Translations under genes and position numbers: made by a program
Assembly (NCBI GenBank): GCA_965205505.1
Contig: CBDBHB010000008.1
Coordinates: forward strand, 896,001-960,000
Direction: 5' to 3'
Source of the DNA: Acidobacteriota bacterium
Lineage (GTDB): Bacteria; Acidobacteriota; UBA890; WLXD01
DNA: 64,000 bases
Shown: piece by piece, positions 49,874 to 58,658 of the stretch
Numbering within the stretch: position 1 is the first letter of the stretch
Layout of the letters: each line of letters opens with the position of its first letter
Notes under the pieces: model-generated
Told to the model about the DNA's origin: nothing
The model's input: only the letters and a program-made list of their open reading frames with translations
Databases searched by the model: none

Positions 49874-51844
49874 CTAGGTTCTCTCCGCCCACGGATACTG
49901 GAATTCGGGTCGAATGACGTCGGTCAACAGCTCCTGGACGGCTCGATGGGCCTGGTCGAACGCCGCCTGCGTGAGCGAGATCGCCGCCGCATCTGAGTTC
50001 GCGATCGCGATGCGCCCGAACCTCTGGCGCCCAACGACCCACGGGGCCTCGTCGTAGCCCCAATCCGGATCGTATAGATCGTTGCCTCCCCCGGCGTAGC
50101 CGTGCGGCCAGCGGCCGACGGTGATGCCGGCGATGTCCCGGGCCGGGTCGAAGCCGCCCTCGCCGAGGGCACGGCCGAGCTGGTCGCGGATGTTGCGCTC
50201 GAAGGTCTCGAACGGGGTCGCCAGCAGCTCCTCGCGCCCGGCGCGGAACTGGTCGCGCGCCGACAAGCCGGGACGGGTCGGAAGCCGTTGTAGCCACAGC
50301 AGGATGGGTTCCTCGGGCGAGGCCGAGTGGCGGTAGTCGCCGACGTTCACGCCCCAATCCAGATCGATGAACTCGCAGAATCCACCCGGGGTGTGGATGT
50401 CTTGGATGCCGAGATTCTGGAAGGCAGTCCAGTTGCGGATCGCGACCTGCGTGTAAACGTAGGGCTTGCGCACGGCCATGCGTAGCGCCGAGGCCTGCTC
50501 GGCCGGCAGCTCCGGGCACAAGAAGGGGATCATGGCGTTGTAGCAGGCCATGACACACGTATCGGCGGCCACCGAAAGCGCCTTGCCGTCCTGCACGTAC
50601 GTCACCGTCACGCCCGACGACGCGCGACGCTCACCCGCGTGCCGCACACCGACAACGGTGGAGTTCAGGCGGATTCGCACAGGGCTCGTCGGAAGGTCGA
50701 GTTGCGAATAGCGCACCGGCGTGGTCACCGAGTCGTGCATCGTGCTCCCGGGCAGCGCCGACGGGATGAGCCAGCGCACCAAGAGGCGCGCCACCCCGGC
50801 GTTGCCGTCGGGAAAGTGGACTCCGTGGAAGGGGTTGCTCTCCGTCCCGGCGTTTCGCGGGGGCCGCGGCAGGCCGAGTCCCTGGAAGCCGGGAAACGTA
50901 TCCTCGCGAAACGCGCCCCAGGAGCTGTACGAATCGATGCCCGCCGCTCCGTTCGCGTCGCCCCGCTGCCGCAGGTAAGGGATCACATCCTCGCTGACGC
51001 CCACTACGTTCAAGACGTAGTCCTGATAGCTCATCTTCCGCAGACGATCGACCTTCTGCTCCACCGTGAGCTCCGGCAGGTAGTCGGTCTCATCGGCGAA
51101 CAGCGTCAGGATGCCGCGCTTGGCGTCGTCCGAAAGCGGCGTCCTGGACAGGTACTCCGTCCACCGCTGGCGCCCTTTTTCGCCGATCACACCACTGGAG
51201 AAGGAGCCCCAGGGCTCGCCAACGACGAGTCGATCTTCACCGAACACTTCGCGGGTGAAGAACACTGCCGACTGGAGGCCCAGTTCGTCATACAGGCTGC
51301 CGGAGCTGCTGCGTGGCAGGTTCGCAGCGTCGAGGCCGATGTCCTCAAGCAGCGAAACGCCTGCCGGGGGGTAGTGGCCGTCGATGAACTGGGTTCCGCC
51401 GTAGCCGATCAGCTGTCGGCCGTCGACATCGAACTCTACGCGCTTCGCATGCCCGCCGAAGTCGTCGTGGTTGTCGAGGATCAGTACGGAGGCGTCGGGG
51501 AGCGCTTTGCGGAAGTAGTAGGCGGCGGCAAGGCCGCTCAGTCCGCCGCCGACGACGACCAGGTCGTAGTGCTCGCCCAAATCCGCCGCCTCGTCCCAAG
51601 TCTTCCCGTATCGCATCTCGTGGGCGACCTCGAAGGAGCCGTCGTGGCTTCCCCGCATGCCGGTCAGCCGCGGCGGATAATAGTCGCCTGAGGCTTGCGG
51701 TACGGTGTTCTGCTGAGCCTTGCTGCGGGCATGAGCGGTCGATGAAGAGAACACCGCCCCGCCGATTGCTACGCTGGCACCGTCGAGGAAGTCGCGTCGT
51801 GTGATCTCACGATCCATCCCGAGCTCACGGTCCTTCCTCTTCAT
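49874..51844 (-). CDS. Second Tat-exported spermidine dehydrogenase-like flavoprotein
   Basis: TRRDFL signal; same motifs and near-identical C-terminus to 42027-44012. Confidence 0.82.
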   Translation of the reverse strand: MKRKDRELGMDREITRRDFLDGASVAIGGAVFSSSTAHARSKAQQNTVPQASGDYYPPRLTGMRGSHDGSFEVAHEMRYGKTWDEAADLGEHYDLVVVGGGLSGLAAAYYFRKALPDASVLILDNHDDFGGHAKRVEFDVDGRQLIGYGGTQFIDGHYPPAGVSLLEDIGLDAANLPRSSSGSLYDELGLQSAVFFTREVFGEDRLVVGEPWGSFSSGVIGEKGRQRWTEYLSRTPLSDDAKRGILTLFADETDYLPELTVEQKVDRLRKMSYQDYVLNVVGVSEDVIPYLRQRGDANGAAGIDSYSSWGAFREDTFPGFQGLGLPRPPRNAGTESNPFHGVHFPDGNAGVARLLVRWLIPSALPGSTMHDSVTTPVRYSQLDLPTSPVRIRLNSTVVGVRHAGERRASSGVTVTYVQDGKALSVAADTCVMACYNAMIPFLCPELPAEQASALRMAVRKPYVYTQVAIRNWTAFQNLGIQDIHTPGGFCEFIDLDWGVNVGDYRHSASPEEPILLWLQRLPTRPGLSARDQFRAGREELLATPFETFERNIRDQLGRALGEGGFDPARDIAGITVGRWPHGYAGGGNDLYDPDWGYDEAPWVVGRQRFGRIAIANSDAAAISLTQAAFDQAHRAVQELLTDVIRPEFQYPWAERT

Positions 51845-52136
51845 GTTTCCCTCCTCAACCAGGGGTTTGCCTTCCTCTTTCGCGCTCATCCCGTCCCCTA
51901 AGCTCTCTCCGCCGATGAGCTCAGAGAGCTGGCAAGTCCTTGACCATTCGCACTCTATCGCCGGCAGCGTCTAGCATCAAAGGAGTACGCCAGTCCGCGA
52001 CACGCGAGACCGCTGGGCGCGCCCGTTGCCCCTCGCCAGGGGGGATGGCAATCGTTCTTGGGGGCCCAGTTGGATCCTTTCAGACCCGCCTCACAGAATC
52101 CGCCTCACGATCGGTCCCTCATGGTACGGTCCACCG

Positions 52137-53447
52137 GTGGATAACCGTCACCGGCACGAAAGCCACCGGCCAACCCGTCGGTTCCGAGCAGGGCCGATCG
52201 TTGCCTTGCTTTGCCTGCTGGTTGCCCGAGCCGAGTCTTCCTCATTGTCCGGCAGAGCCTCTCTGAATGCGGTTGAGCTCTTGACGGCGTTCTCGGGTGA
52301 GAGCGCCGAGCAATATGAGCCGTTCTTCCGCTTCGCCGAGGAAGCCAGAATCGTCGGTGTGGAGATTCACGCCGTCGGAACGGAGAGCACCACGGCCCGG
52401 TATTCCGGTAGGAACAGACCTTCGAAATCGGTCAACAACATCTTGCGGCTCGCGACCGCGGACGGATTCGAGGGTATATCCGGCGTGGCGTCCTATGGAC
52501 GAGAGTTCAGCCGAGAGCGTCTGCTGGAGTTGCAGGGCGTTGCCGCTGATCTCCTTGCCCTGCAGTCACTGGACCCGGTCGAGGTCGGGACGATGCTCGA
52601 GCGGACGAAACCCGGCTTGAGCGATGCAGCTCGCTCGAGCATCGATATCGCGCTGTGGGACTTGGCGGCACGTAAGGCAGATCGTCCTCTCTACCAGCTG
52701 CTGGGGGCAAAGCGGGACTCGATCGAGCCCTACGCCAGCCTGCCCTTCTACGATTCGCTTCCCGAGTACGTCGACGCGGTCAACGAGTACGCCAAGCTCG
52801 GCTACAGGACCTTCAAGTTCCACGTCTGGGGCCTGATCGAGGAGGACTCGCGACTCGTGGAGTTGGTCCAGCAGACATTTGCAGACTCTCCCTATCGCTT
52901 CATGATCGATATGGAGGGAGCGTACGGCTTTGAGGACGCCCTCAGGCTGGGCGGGGAAATGGATGAGCGACTGTTTGTCTGGTTCGAGGGACCGATCAAC
53001 GACGAGCTTCTGGAGGAGTATAGGCAGCTCAGGAGCAGGCTCGCGGTACAGATCATTCCTGCCGGATACCGCATCTATTCTCCCGAGTTCATCAGACAGG
53101 GGATCGAGGCCGGTTCATGGGATGCGGCCAGAGTCGATGCAACGGCGATCGGCGGGATCTCGAAAGTGCTCGAGATCTTGACGATCACCAACGATGCCGG
53201 CCTGGCGATCGAGATCCAAAGCTGGGGCCACTCGCTGGCCCAGGCAGCCAACCTCCACCTGATGCTGGCCAATGAGCGCACCCGGTACTTCGAGGCTCCG
53301 ATGCCCAAGGAGGCTCATGAGTTCGGGATGAAGAACGGCAACCTGCTCGATCAGGGGCGGGCCGTTGCGCCGCAGCGGCCAGGTCTGGGCATCGAGGTAG
53401 ACTGGGATCGCCTGGCCACGGCCGATTTCTACTCCTACTCGAAGTAG
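52137..53447 (+). CDS. Mandelate racemase/muconate lactonising enzyme family protein, possibly exported
   Basis: IDIALWDLAARKADRPLYQLLG, GYRTFKFH, WFEGP, PGLGIEVD; RR plus hydrophobic N-terminus; start uncertain. Confidence 0.82.
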   Translation: MDNRHRHESHRPTRRFRAGPIVALLCLLVARAESSSLSGRASLNAVELLTAFSGESAEQYEPFFRFAEEARIVGVEIHAVGTESTTARYSGRNRPSKSVNNILRLATADGFEGISGVASYGREFSRERLLELQGVAADLLALQSLDPVEVGTMLERTKPGLSDAARSSIDIALWDLAARKADRPLYQLLGAKRDSIEPYASLPFYDSLPEYVDAVNEYAKLGYRTFKFHVWGLIEEDSRLVELVQQTFADSPYRFMIDMEGAYGFEDALRLGGEMDERLFVWFEGPINDELLEEYRQLRSRLAVQIIPAGYRIYSPEFIRQGIEAGSWDAARVDATAIGGISKVLEILTITNDAGLAIEIQSWGHSLAQAANLHLMLANERTRYFEAPMPKEAHEFGMKNGNLLDQGRAVAPQRPGLGIEVDWDRLATADFYSYSK

Positions 53448-53592
53448 AGCGGTCACCGCGGCTCCAGCGATCTCTTGCCAGCACCGATTCTATGAGCTAA
53501 CCAGTGGCCTCACCACTTACGGCAGGTCACCTGTACTTCACCGATCTGGTACAGGTTCTCCGCATGGATCAGCAAACTGAGAAGCAGCACAC

Positions 53593-54504
53593 ATGAGAAC
53601 ACTTCTACGAGAACCCCTATTGTATTTCCTGCTGCTTGGTGCGGCGATGTTCGGTAGTTACCGATTAGTCTCCGATGCCGGATTCTCCGGCAACCACCCA
53701 TTGGAAGAAATAGTCATCACCGAGGGCCACATCGATGCGCTGATTCTGGGATTCGAGAGAGACTGGCAACGCCCGCCCACAGAACAGGAACTGGATGGTC
53801 TGGTACAGGCCCACATTCGTGGAGAGGTCATGTACCGCGAGGCGCTGGCTATGGGTCTCGATCGTGACGACCCCATCATCCGGCAGCGTTTGCAACAGAA
53901 GCTGGCATTTCTTACCGAAGATATCGCCAGCCTGAGGGAACCCACTGAGGCCGAACTGGAGGCTTTTCTGGCAACAACTCAGGAACGCTTCCGTGAGCAA
54001 ACTCGTTTCAGTTTTGAGCAGGTCTATTTCAATGTCAGCGAGCGTGGTAGCTCGGCCGAGGCAGATGCAGAATTGCTTTTGGCTGAACTGCGACAGCCTG
54101 ATACGACGGGGCCTGGTGACGACTCCAATTCCAGTATCGATACGGCTCTGCTGGGCGATCAATTATTGTTGTCGCAGTTCAACAACGCCTATGAGCGCGA
54201 GATACTGCGTGCACTGGGACGCCAGTTCTTAGCGGGACTGCAATCTTTGCCAGTTGGCAGCTGGCAGGGACCCATTGAATCCGGCTTTGGCCTACACCTG
54301 GTCAAGCTTAGTGAACGGATTGAAGGAACCGTTCCGCCGCTTGATGATATTCGGGATCTCGTGTCACGGGATTGGACGTCTGCGAAACGCGAAGAAGCCA
54401 ACGAAGCTTCTTATAACGCCTTGCGTGACCGTTATATTGTGACGCTTGCCGAACCGACTGCATCCGACCTGACCGCTGTCGCTGTCAGTTCCCGCGAGGA
54501 TTAG
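53593..54504 (+). CDS. PpiC/rotamase-like periplasmic protein
   Basis: LLREPLLYF, YREALAMGLDRDDPIIRQRL, WQGPIESGFGLHLV. Confidence 0.82.
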   Translation: MRTLLREPLLYFLLLGAAMFGSYRLVSDAGFSGNHPLEEIVITEGHIDALILGFERDWQRPPTEQELDGLVQAHIRGEVMYREALAMGLDRDDPIIRQRLQQKLAFLTEDIASLREPTEAELEAFLATTQERFREQTRFSFEQVYFNVSERGSSAEADAELLLAELRQPDTTGPGDDSNSSIDTALLGDQLLLSQFNNAYEREILRALGRQFLAGLQSLPVGSWQGPIESGFGLHLVKLSERIEGTVPPLDDIRDLVSRDWTSAKREEANEASYNALRDRYIVTLAEPTASDLTAVAVSSRED

Positions 54505-54518
54505 GGGAGTGGCTGACC

Positions 54519-55561
54519 ATGAATAGATTCCTGCTCATCGCCTTGCTTACGCTGCTGTCAGTTGGAACTGTACAGGCAGACGAGTACCGGCCGGCGTTTC
54601 TGGAGCTGCGACAGTCCAGTGATGAAGTCTTCGAGGTGTTGTGGAAGGTGCCGGCCCTGGGTGGTCGGCGCCTCGGCCTCTATGTTCGATTCCCCGGCCG
54701 ATGTCGACACGGTCAGTACGGTACGCGCTTCTATGATCGGTGGCGCCTACATCGAACGTTATTCGATAAGCAGTAAGTGGTGGCCTGGCCGGCTCAGAAA
54801 TTGCGATCGAAGGCTTGTCTACGGTGTCTACCGAGGTCCTGGTGCGCATCGAACGGCTGAACGGCACCACCATCGTTGCCCGACTGCTCGCCGCCAATCC
54901 TTCCTTCGTAGTCGGCGAATCTCTATCGCGCTTGGAGGTGGCAAGGACTTACACGGTGTTTGGGATCGAACACATCCTGGGTGGGCTTGATCATTTGCTG
55001 TTTATCGCCTGCCTGCTGCTGATCGCAGTCACCGGGCGCCGCATCCTGATCACCGTCACCGGCTTTACACTTGCTCATTCCATTACCCTGACCCTGGCCG
55101 CCCTGGAACTAGTGCGATTGCCGATACCTCCAATCGAGGCGGTCATCGCACTATCTATTGTGTTCCTGGCGCGAGAGATCGCCCTGCAGCGACGCGACAC
55201 GCTGACCTGGCGCTATCCCATCGCGGTATCGGCGTCATTTGGCTTGTTACATGGTTTTGGTTTCGCCTCGGCGTTGAGTGAGCTCGGGCTTCCGCAGACG
55301 GAGGTGCCAGCCGCGCTGCTGGCGTTTAATGTCGGCGTAGAAATTGGTCAGATTCTGTTTGTCGGCGTCATCATCACGACTGTCTGGGCCATAACGTCGA
55401 TCATGGGAACGTTGCGATTTATTGACAGTGCCAACTCGAGACTCGGCAAGAAACTCAAGCCGCTCGACTGGCTGCGACGAATTGAACAGCCGCTGGCTTA
55501 TGCCGTCGGTGGCATCACGATTATCTGGACCGTGGAATGCACCATGGTTTTCTGGCGATAA
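54519..55561 (+). CDS. HupE/UreJ-family protein (frameshifts near 54690 and 54790)
   Basis: GIEHILGGLDHLLF, FTLAHSITL, FGLLHGFGFA, FNVGVEIGQ. Confidence 0.85.
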
Positions 55562-55600
55562 GAAGATTCGATTTCCATCAATTGGATTCAGGCGGACGAT

Positions 55601-57016
55601 ATGATCTCTCGACGCTTTTTGGCGCATCGTACTCTGCTTACAATTTCTTCGACGCTGCTGCTGCTCTCCGTTGGGAGCGTGCTCGGACAACAGTCCATGC
55701 TGGGCGAGCTGCAGGCGCAAGCGAGCGCGCTGAGTCAGGCACAAGCGAGCATGCTGACTGATGATCAGATCGAGTTCATTACATCAGGCGCGATACTCGA
55801 ATACATGCCCGATCGACAGCTCGAGCACGAGCTCGCCACGCGTGACGCAGACAGCTTGCGTTCTCTGCTCGACGACGTGATGTCGCTCGCCGAGAGAATG
55901 GGTTATGACCCGGAGCGAGACATGGGCGCGACACCGCTGAACCTCACTACCAAGGATTTCGGCATGCCCATGCCTACACCCGCACTGCTGCGCGATTTCA
56001 AACGCGAGCCGGGTCCGTTCGCGGTGCACCGTTACCTGGTTCCGGAATCCGGTGTACCCACGTTCGGTGGCGCCGACGTCGCCATCTGGCCGGAAGATCT
56101 CGTCGCGGGCAATGTCGACGTGGCGATCGTCGGCGTGCCAAGCAACATGAGCAGCGGCCGACGCGACGCCAGGAACGGCCCGAACGAAATGCGTGGCCTG
56201 AACACCATTGCCGCGACGGACGTGCAATCCCTGGTGAAGCCGTTCGAAACGCTCTCCGTGGTCGACTACGGTGATTTCGCTGTCGACCGGAGGAGCATCG
56301 AAAGAACCGTCGCCCACGTCGCCGCCATGGTTGCCGAAACCGCGGGCACCGGCGCCATCCCGATGCTGGTCGGCGGTGATACTTCGTTGCTCTACCCTGC
56401 CGTCGGCGGCGTCGCCCGGGTACACGGCAATGGGAGCTTCGGATTGCTGCACTTCAGCGCCCACCCGGATGTCGAGCGCAACGATGACCATACGATCTCT
56501 GACCGTCAGGCGCTTTTCCGGCTGCTGGACGAGGGCATCGTCGAAGGCAGCGAAACCGTCCAGGTGGGCCTACGCGGGCCCGCGGTAGATGCTGACACAC
56601 TGCAGTGGCTGCGTGACCAGAGCGTGCGCTACCACACGATGGCTGAATTCCGGCAGCGCGGATCCGAGATGGTGCTGCAACGGGTCCTGCAGGAAGTCGA
56701 AAGAGGCCCCGATGCCTACTTCGTCTCGATCGACGTGAGCGTCGTCAACCCGGCCGAGATGGTTGCGGCCGGGCGTGCGACGCACCATGGCTTGCGTCTC
56801 GAGGAAGTGACCCACACGATCCGCCATGTGTGCGCGGCCAAAGAGATCGTCGGTTTCGAAATTACGGACGTGGCCCCGATGTTGGATTCCACTCGACTGT
56901 CGGTAATGCATGCAAACGCTGCGCTGAATGCCTGCCTAGTTGGCATCGCGGTGCGCAAGGCCGGTCTCGCCCCGGACTACGTTCATCCCCTGGCGCTCGA
57001 TCATGGCCAGCAGTAG
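55601..57016 (+). CDS. Exported ureohydrolase (agmatinase) homologue with degenerate metal site
   Basis: Signal peptide; GGDTS, HFSAHPD, SIDVSVVNP and EITDVAP in place of GGDHS, DAHxD, SxDxDxxDP and DxVEVxP. Confidence 0.82.
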   Translation: MISRRFLAHRTLLTISSTLLLLSVGSVLGQQSMLGELQAQASALSQAQASMLTDDQIEFITSGAILEYMPDRQLEHELATRDADSLRSLLDDVMSLAERMGYDPERDMGATPLNLTTKDFGMPMPTPALLRDFKREPGPFAVHRYLVPESGVPTFGGADVAIWPEDLVAGNVDVAIVGVPSNMSSGRRDARNGPNEMRGLNTIAATDVQSLVKPFETLSVVDYGDFAVDRRSIERTVAHVAAMVAETAGTGAIPMLVGGDTSLLYPAVGGVARVHGNGSFGLLHFSAHPDVERNDDHTISDRQALFRLLDEGIVEGSETVQVGLRGPAVDADTLQWLRDQSVRYHTMAEFRQRGSEMVLQRVLQEVERGPDAYFVSIDVSVVNPAEMVAAGRATHHGLRLEEVTHTIRHVCAAKEIVGFEITDVAPMLDSTRLSVMHANAALNACLVGIAVRKAGLAPDYVHPLALDHGQQ

Positions 57017-57050
57017 CAGGCGCCCGGCCCGCGCGTATCGGAGCTTTGTC

Positions 57051-58619
57051 ATGGCATTTGTTTCGACTGGAATTCGCGCCGCGCTGCTCTTGCTCGTGGC
57101 GGCGGCACCGCTCGTCTGGGCCCAGGAACAAAGGCCTGCCACCCAGGAGCACGTGGTCGGGGAGCAGCCGTATCCGTTTGATACCGTCGACCCCCGCGAG
57201 GAGGAACGGCCGCCCATTGATCTTCCCGACAGCGTGGCGCCAAAGCTCGAATTGCTGACGCCGGAGCAAATCGAGTTTCTGAAGAGCGGCGACGCGCGCG
57301 CCTTTACCGGGCCGGCCGAAGAAACCGTTGAAGCGCTCGAGGAACGCACACCAGAGGAAGTAAAGGCATGGGTCGAGGCCATGCAACAGGTGGTGGAGCA
57401 ACGCCGCTACACCGAAGGACGGGACTCGCCCAACATTCCCTTCAATACCGAATCGCCCGATTTCAATGCGTGGCGAGTACTGCGTCCCCGCTCCATGGAT
57501 CCAGGGCGGGAGGCGGGACCGGTCGCGCTCGGTCGTTATCGCAGCGGGGGCGGTCCCCCGACATTCGGCGGCTTCCCCCTGGCGCTGTCGAAGGAAGATC
57601 TGATCGCCGGCGAGGTCGACGTCGCCATCCTGGGCGCCCCGCTGAACATGGGCGGGGGATGGCGCGACTCGGGCGAGCGAGCCACCGTCGAACTTCGCCT
57701 GCTCGGCCGGTACATGGGCTCACAGGACCAGTATGTGCAGGTCAACGCATCACAGGTACTGACCGTCGTGGACTACGGCGACGTTGCGGTAGACAACAAC
57801 AGCACCGAAAGGTCCATGCGCCACGTACGCGACATCGTACGCGAGATCGCCGAGACGGGAGCCGTGCCCATGATTGTCGGCGGCGACCACTCATTGGAAT
57901 ACCCCAACGTTGCGGCCCTGGCGGACGTCTACGGCAAGGAAAAGGTATCGGTTATTCACTTCGACTCCCATTACGACGCGTGGTGGGGCGGCGCCCATCT
58001 GATCAGCCATGGGCTCCCCGTTTACCGCCTCATCAATGAAGGTCATGTGCGGGCTGCGGATTACATCCAGGTCGGGCTGCGCTCGGCCGGACCCGACAAG
58101 TCGGGTTTCACATGGATGCGGGAACAGGGCATGCGTTATCACACCATGGCCGAAATTGAGCGGCGGGGCTGGGATGCCGTGCTCGACCGAGTTGTCGCCG
58201 AGGCCAGTGAAGAGGGGCGCAAGTTGCACATCTCTTTTGATATTGATGTTCTCGATCCCGCATTCACGGTGGCTACCGGCACACCGGTTCCGGGCGGGCT
58301 CACCATGCGCGAAGCAATCACCATCGTGCGCCGCCTGTGTGCGGAGTCCAATGTGGTGGGTTTCGACCTGGTCGAATTGCATCCTGGACTGGATCCCACC
58401 TACACGACGACGCTCAACAGCGTGCATATCGTCAAGGCGTGCCTGACGGGACTCGCGATGAACAGGGAAGGGCTGACTGAGACGCATTACCTGAGCCCGT
58501 TGTCATCCGAGCACGCCATAGACGACTACTATGGCGACCAGCAACAGCACCTGGACGCGACAAAGGCAGAGGAAGAGAAGGAGGAGGAAGAGAAGGAGGA
58601 GGAACAAAAGAAGGAGTGA
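57051..58619 (+). CDS. Exported ureohydrolase (agmatinase family), intact active site
   Basis: Signal peptide; GGDHS, HFDSHYD, SHG, SFDIDVLDP, GTPVPGGL, DLVELHP. Confidence 0.88.
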   Translation: MAFVSTGIRAALLLLVAAAPLVWAQEQRPATQEHVVGEQPYPFDTVDPREEERPPIDLPDSVAPKLELLTPEQIEFLKSGDARAFTGPAEETVEALEERTPEEVKAWVEAMQQVVEQRRYTEGRDSPNIPFNTESPDFNAWRVLRPRSMDPGREAGPVALGRYRSGGGPPTFGGFPLALSKEDLIAGEVDVAILGAPLNMGGGWRDSGERATVELRLLGRYMGSQDQYVQVNASQVLTVVDYGDVAVDNNSTERSMRHVRDIVREIAETGAVPMIVGGDHSLEYPNVAALADVYGKEKVSVIHFDSHYDAWWGGAHLISHGLPVYRLINEGHVRAADYIQVGLRSAGPDKSGFTWMREQGMRYHTMAEIERRGWDAVLDRVVAEASEEGRKLHISFDIDVLDPAFTVATGTPVPGGLTMREAITIVRRLCAESNVVGFDLVELHPGLDPTYTTTLNSVHIVKACLTGLAMNREGLTETHYLSPLSSEHAIDDYYGDQQQHLDATKAEEEKEEEEKEEEQKKE

Positions 58620-58658
58620 CTAACAGGCCGAGCACAAGGCCCAGCTGCGATCAGGTCA

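Noticed and set aside
23513-55561. Frameshifts in the phosphatase, DUF3467, serine hydrolase and HupE genes as programmed recoding or true pseudogenes
   Set aside because: They are scattered small indels in otherwise intact genes, often near short homopolymers; sequencing error is the simpler explanation until reads are checked.
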